DNA of 40,917 nucleotides from a virus (Duplodnaviria; Heunggongvirae; Uroviricota; Caudoviricetes): IMG/VR virus record IMGVR_UViG_2721755676_000008, positions 1 to 40,917 of that record; one strand, 5' to 3'. Shown piece by piece: positions 38,423 to 40,917 of this stretch (position 1 is its first letter; each line of letters starts with the position of its first letter). The notes under the pieces were generated by a model. It saw only the letters and a program-made list of their open reading frames with translations, ran no database searches and was not told where the DNA came from. The position numbers and the translations under genes were made by a program.

Positions 38423-38617
38423 ATGAACAACTTAATGACAACAAAACAAGTCGCCGAATTCTGTGGCGTTTCAATATCGACGGTGCTTCGCTGGAACAGC
38501 GTAAACAGGAGGACTGGCCAGAAATACAGACCAGATTTTCCAGATCCTGATATTAAATCCTGCCCAAATAAATGGGCATCACGCAAGATATATAGGTTTG
38601 CTGGAGTAATAGAGTAA
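38423..38617 (+). CDS. AlpA/excisionase-like small HTH DNA-binding protein
   Basis: ATG 38423 preceded by GGAGGGG; 64 aa; TTKQVAEFCGVSISTVLRW pattern typical of AlpA/Xis-type HTH; the longer in-frame ORF from 38201 would overlap the HD-domain gene. Confidence 0.5.
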   Translation: MNNLMTTKQVAEFCGVSISTVLRWNSVNRRTGQKYRPDFPDPDIKSCPNKWASRKIYRFAGVIE

Positions 38618-39050
38618 CAAACATTAGCTCAAATGAGAGCTGGCACAGATATGGCACAGACCAAACAAATCTGACTGTCTGCTCTGTGCCAGGAGCAGCC
38701 ATTGCTAAGTCCATCCTGTATTGTGCAGGTCAGCTCGTTTTTAAAGAGTCCGGCCATCATCTTACTGGTACAGACACCATATACTTTGTGACGGTCAGGC
38801 TACATATACACAACTCAACTTATTCATCTATTTTTTGCTTTAGCATGTCAGTGTTGCTTTCTCGTCGGCGGGTGAGCGGTGACCTGACCTGTCGATAAAG
38901 GAACGTAGCACGTTTTATGCAACACCCGCATGCGGCAGAAAATTATTGCCGAACGTTTACCCCTGTCAACAAGCTTTACTTTTTGAGGCGCGCCAGCCCG
39001 CGAGGAAAACAATCTGAACATCAAATAATTAATGACACAAGAAATACGAT

Positions 39051-39077
39051 TAAAGATTTTTTTGTGCATGCCGATAG
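39051..39077 (+). promoter_or_regulatory. Sigma-28 (FliA)-type promoter upstream of flxA
   Basis: TAAAGATT - 11 bp - GCCGATAG against consensus TAAAGTTT-N11-GCCGATAA (one mismatch per element), about 24 bp upstream of the flxA start. Confidence 0.6.
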
Positions 39078-39100
39078 TGCTTTTTTAAAAGGAGAAATCT

Positions 39101-39433
39101 ATGTCTGTCACAATTCAGGGGAATACCTCAACCGTTATTTCAAACAACTCCGCCCCGGAAGGAACATCAGAAATAGCCAAAATCACAAGACAAATTCAGG
39201 TGCTGACTGAAAAGCTTGGGAAAATCTCATCGGAAGAGGGGATGACGACACAGCAGAAAAAAGAAATGGCTGCATTGGTACAGAAGCAAATTGAAAGCCT
39301 CAGGGCTCAACTGGAGCAGTTGTTAAGGCAGCAGGCAGAGAAAAAGAATAAAGACGCGACAGTTCAGCCTGATAAAAAAGAAGAGAAAAAAGACGATACA
39401 AATACCGCTGGCACCATTGATATTTACGTCTAA
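39101..39433 (+). CDS. flxA: FlxA-like protein (FliA-regulated prophage protein)
   Basis: 110-aa ORF preceded by AAGGAGA; sequence (MSVTIQGNTSTVISNNSAPEGTSEIAKITRQIQ...) matches FlxA as recalled; coiled-coil-like, Lys/Glu-rich C-terminus. Confidence 0.65.
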   Translation: MSVTIQGNTSTVISNNSAPEGTSEIAKITRQIQVLTEKLGKISSEEGMTTQQKKEMAALVQKQIESLRAQLEQLLRQQAEKKNKDATVQPDKKEEKKDDTNTAGTIDIYV

Positions 39434-39447
39434 GTGACAGCCGTATT

Positions 39448-39471
39448 GTGGCCCTCATCGGGCCACTTTTC
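39448..39471 (+). terminator. Rho-independent terminator after flxA
   Basis: gtggccc-tcatc-gggccac followed by TTTT, 15 bp after the flxA stop. Confidence 0.7.
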
Positions 39472-39693
39472 GCCATCAGCCTTTTCTTTAAAGACATATT
39501 ATCTTTGTATCATTTCTGATAGTTAACATTACAAGATATAAGTAATGGACGCACTCCCAATTAGTCTATTTAAATCGCCACGAGTTTAACTGACAACCCA
39601 TGATCAATTATGAATTGCAACTATTTCTGTAGTCACTTTTGTGGGGACAGTCCACAAAACTGCCAACTTCCGCTTCTTGCTCAAAGCGGACTG

Positions 39694-40917
39694 TCAGTTG
39701 CTGTCTGAACCAGTACAAGTAACGATCGATTCAACTCTCTCCCACCATGCCTGGTAAGCTTTACGCTGTTCTTCTAAATAATCGCTCTTGTCATAAACCT
39801 GCCATACCCCTGGCAGTTTATGACCGAGCATTATTTCTGCAATATGAGGCGCAGTAAGATCAGAAAAGTTTGTTCGTGCTGTTCGTCTCAAATCATGAAG
39901 AGACCAATGGGGGAATTGATACCCTAAACGCCGCCATGCGTACTGCATTAAATTGTAAGGCAGCGACTGCAATGATGTCCGACCAACGGGTTCCCTACAT
40001 CCTTCCTTAGTAAAAAGCATATCGGAACCATTGTTCATAGAGATAACGTACTTTATAAGCTCTTCAACCGGTTCAATAATGGGGCGCTTTAGCGGTTCAC
40101 CTGTTATATCCCCTGTCTTATGTCGTTCTGGCGGTACAGTCCATACCTTATTAATGAAATCAAAATCATCCACCCTAGCGGTAATTAGCTCTGAACTACG
40201 GCAGCCAAAATGCAGCAATAGTTTAATGAAGGCCCGGTATTTAGGAACCATTCGAGAACCATCGATCGCAGCATAAAGGATTTTAATTTCATCATGTGTC
40301 AGAAACCGTTTCTTCTGACCTTTACGGATATCCATATCTTTACCCGTGATATCCGACAGCGGGCGAGTTTCAATAAGCTTTCTCTTATACGCCCAGACGT
40401 GGGCCTGCTTTGCGTTAATTAGCAATCGGTCTGCTATTGCAGGAGTCTTAGTGCTAAGAGGCTCCAGGACTTCTAACCAATCATGCAATGTAGCTGCATC
40501 GTGAGGGATATTCCCGATTTTAGAGAACAGGTGCAGCTCAAACGAGCGGAGTATCTGTTCAGAACCTTTTTTATTTTTTACACAATATGCTTCATACCAA
40601 GCACGGATCACAGACTCTACCGTCATGGCTTCAGTAGCTTTTCGTTTTTCAGCCTGCTTGACCAATCGTGGATTGCGGTTTGACTCGAGTTCACCACGAA
40701 GACGGATAACTTCTTCTCTGGCCTCTTTTAGTCCAGTTGCCGGGTAAGTTCCGATATCAAGACGCTCACCTTTCCCCGCCCACTGATAACGATATTGGAA
40801 CACTACGCGACCTTTCGGTGATACTCTAACAGACAGACCATCACGATCGGATTTAACCAAAACCTTATCACGTTCCTTTCCAACGACTGAACGCAACCAC
40901 GCATCAGACAGCGCCAT
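39694..40917 (-). CDS. int: Tyrosine-type site-specific integrase (P4-like, with N-terminal arm-binding domain)
   Basis: 407-aa ORF starting at the last bases of the window; C-terminal catalytic region with HDLRRT and conserved Tyr context; the attachment site is expected beyond the window edge. Confidence 0.85.
   Translation of the reverse strand: MALSDAWLRSVVGKERDKVLVKSDRDGLSVRVSPKGRVVFQYRYQWAGKGERLDIGTYPATGLKEAREEVIRLRGELESNRNPRLVKQAEKRKATEAMTVESVIRAWYEAYCVKNKKGSEQILRSFELHLFSKIGNIPHDAATLHDWLEVLEPLSTKTPAIADRLLINAKQAHVWAYKRKLIETRPLSDITGKDMDIRKGQKKRFLTHDEIKILYAAIDGSRMVPKYRAFIKLLLHFGCRSSELITARVDDFDFINKVWTVPPERHKTGDITGEPLKRPIIEPVEELIKYVISMNNGSDMLFTKEGCREPVGRTSLQSLPYNLMQYAWRRLGYQFPHWSLHDLRRTARTNFSDLTAPHIAEIMLGHKLPGVWQVYDKSDYLEEQRKAYQAWWERVESIVTCTGSDSN

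Noticed and set aside
38686-39069. ORFs 38686-38898 (+, 70 aa) and 38848-39069 (-, 73 aa)
   Set aside because: No SD, overlap each other and the FliA promoter region, hydrophobic/Arg-rich junk-like translations
39640-39696. Inverted repeat ggacagtcc ... ggactgtc overlapping the integrase stop
   Set aside because: Could be an int terminator or a recombinase site, but there is no U-run and no second copy in the window; left unassigned

Overview
This window is an almost complete lambdoid (lambda-like) prophage of an enterobacterial host, read in reverse relative to the usual lambda map. The minus strand carries, from high to low coordinates: a P4-type tyrosine integrase at the window edge, cro-like and CII-like regulators, a Rha-domain protein, an HTH replication initiator with internal ori-like iterons, a nin-like region (PerC-like regulator, Dam-like methyltransferase, LexA-DBD-only protein, RusA, KilA-N protein, DUF968/HNH protein), a QuuQ-like antiterminator, an AT-rich lipoprotein moron between terminators, a second orphan methyltransferase, a phage-21-type lysis cassette (pinholin, SAR endolysin, Rz/Rz1), a cos-like region, and a lambda-like packaging, head and tail module (Nu1/A terminase, gpW, portal, protease-capsid fusion, FII/Z/U/V/G-T/H/M/L/K/I/J, lom, stf, tfa). 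The plus strand carries the CI repressor and, downstream of it, a cargo operon resembling E. coli yfdP-yfdQ-yfdR (HD-domain phosphohydrolase) plus an AlpA-like HTH gene and a flxA-like gene behind a near-consensus sigma-28 promoter. The most interesting points are the long structured untranslated leader between cI and the yfdPQR-like operon (boxA-like motif plus an 18-bp inverted repeat, no recognisable N gene), the yfdPQR-like module itself, the lipoprotein moron, and a -1 frameshift that splits minor tail gene L. All calls rest on reading the supplied ORF translations and DNA by eye and from memory of protein families; no database search was run. I found no CRISPR array, tRNA, rRNA or IS element.
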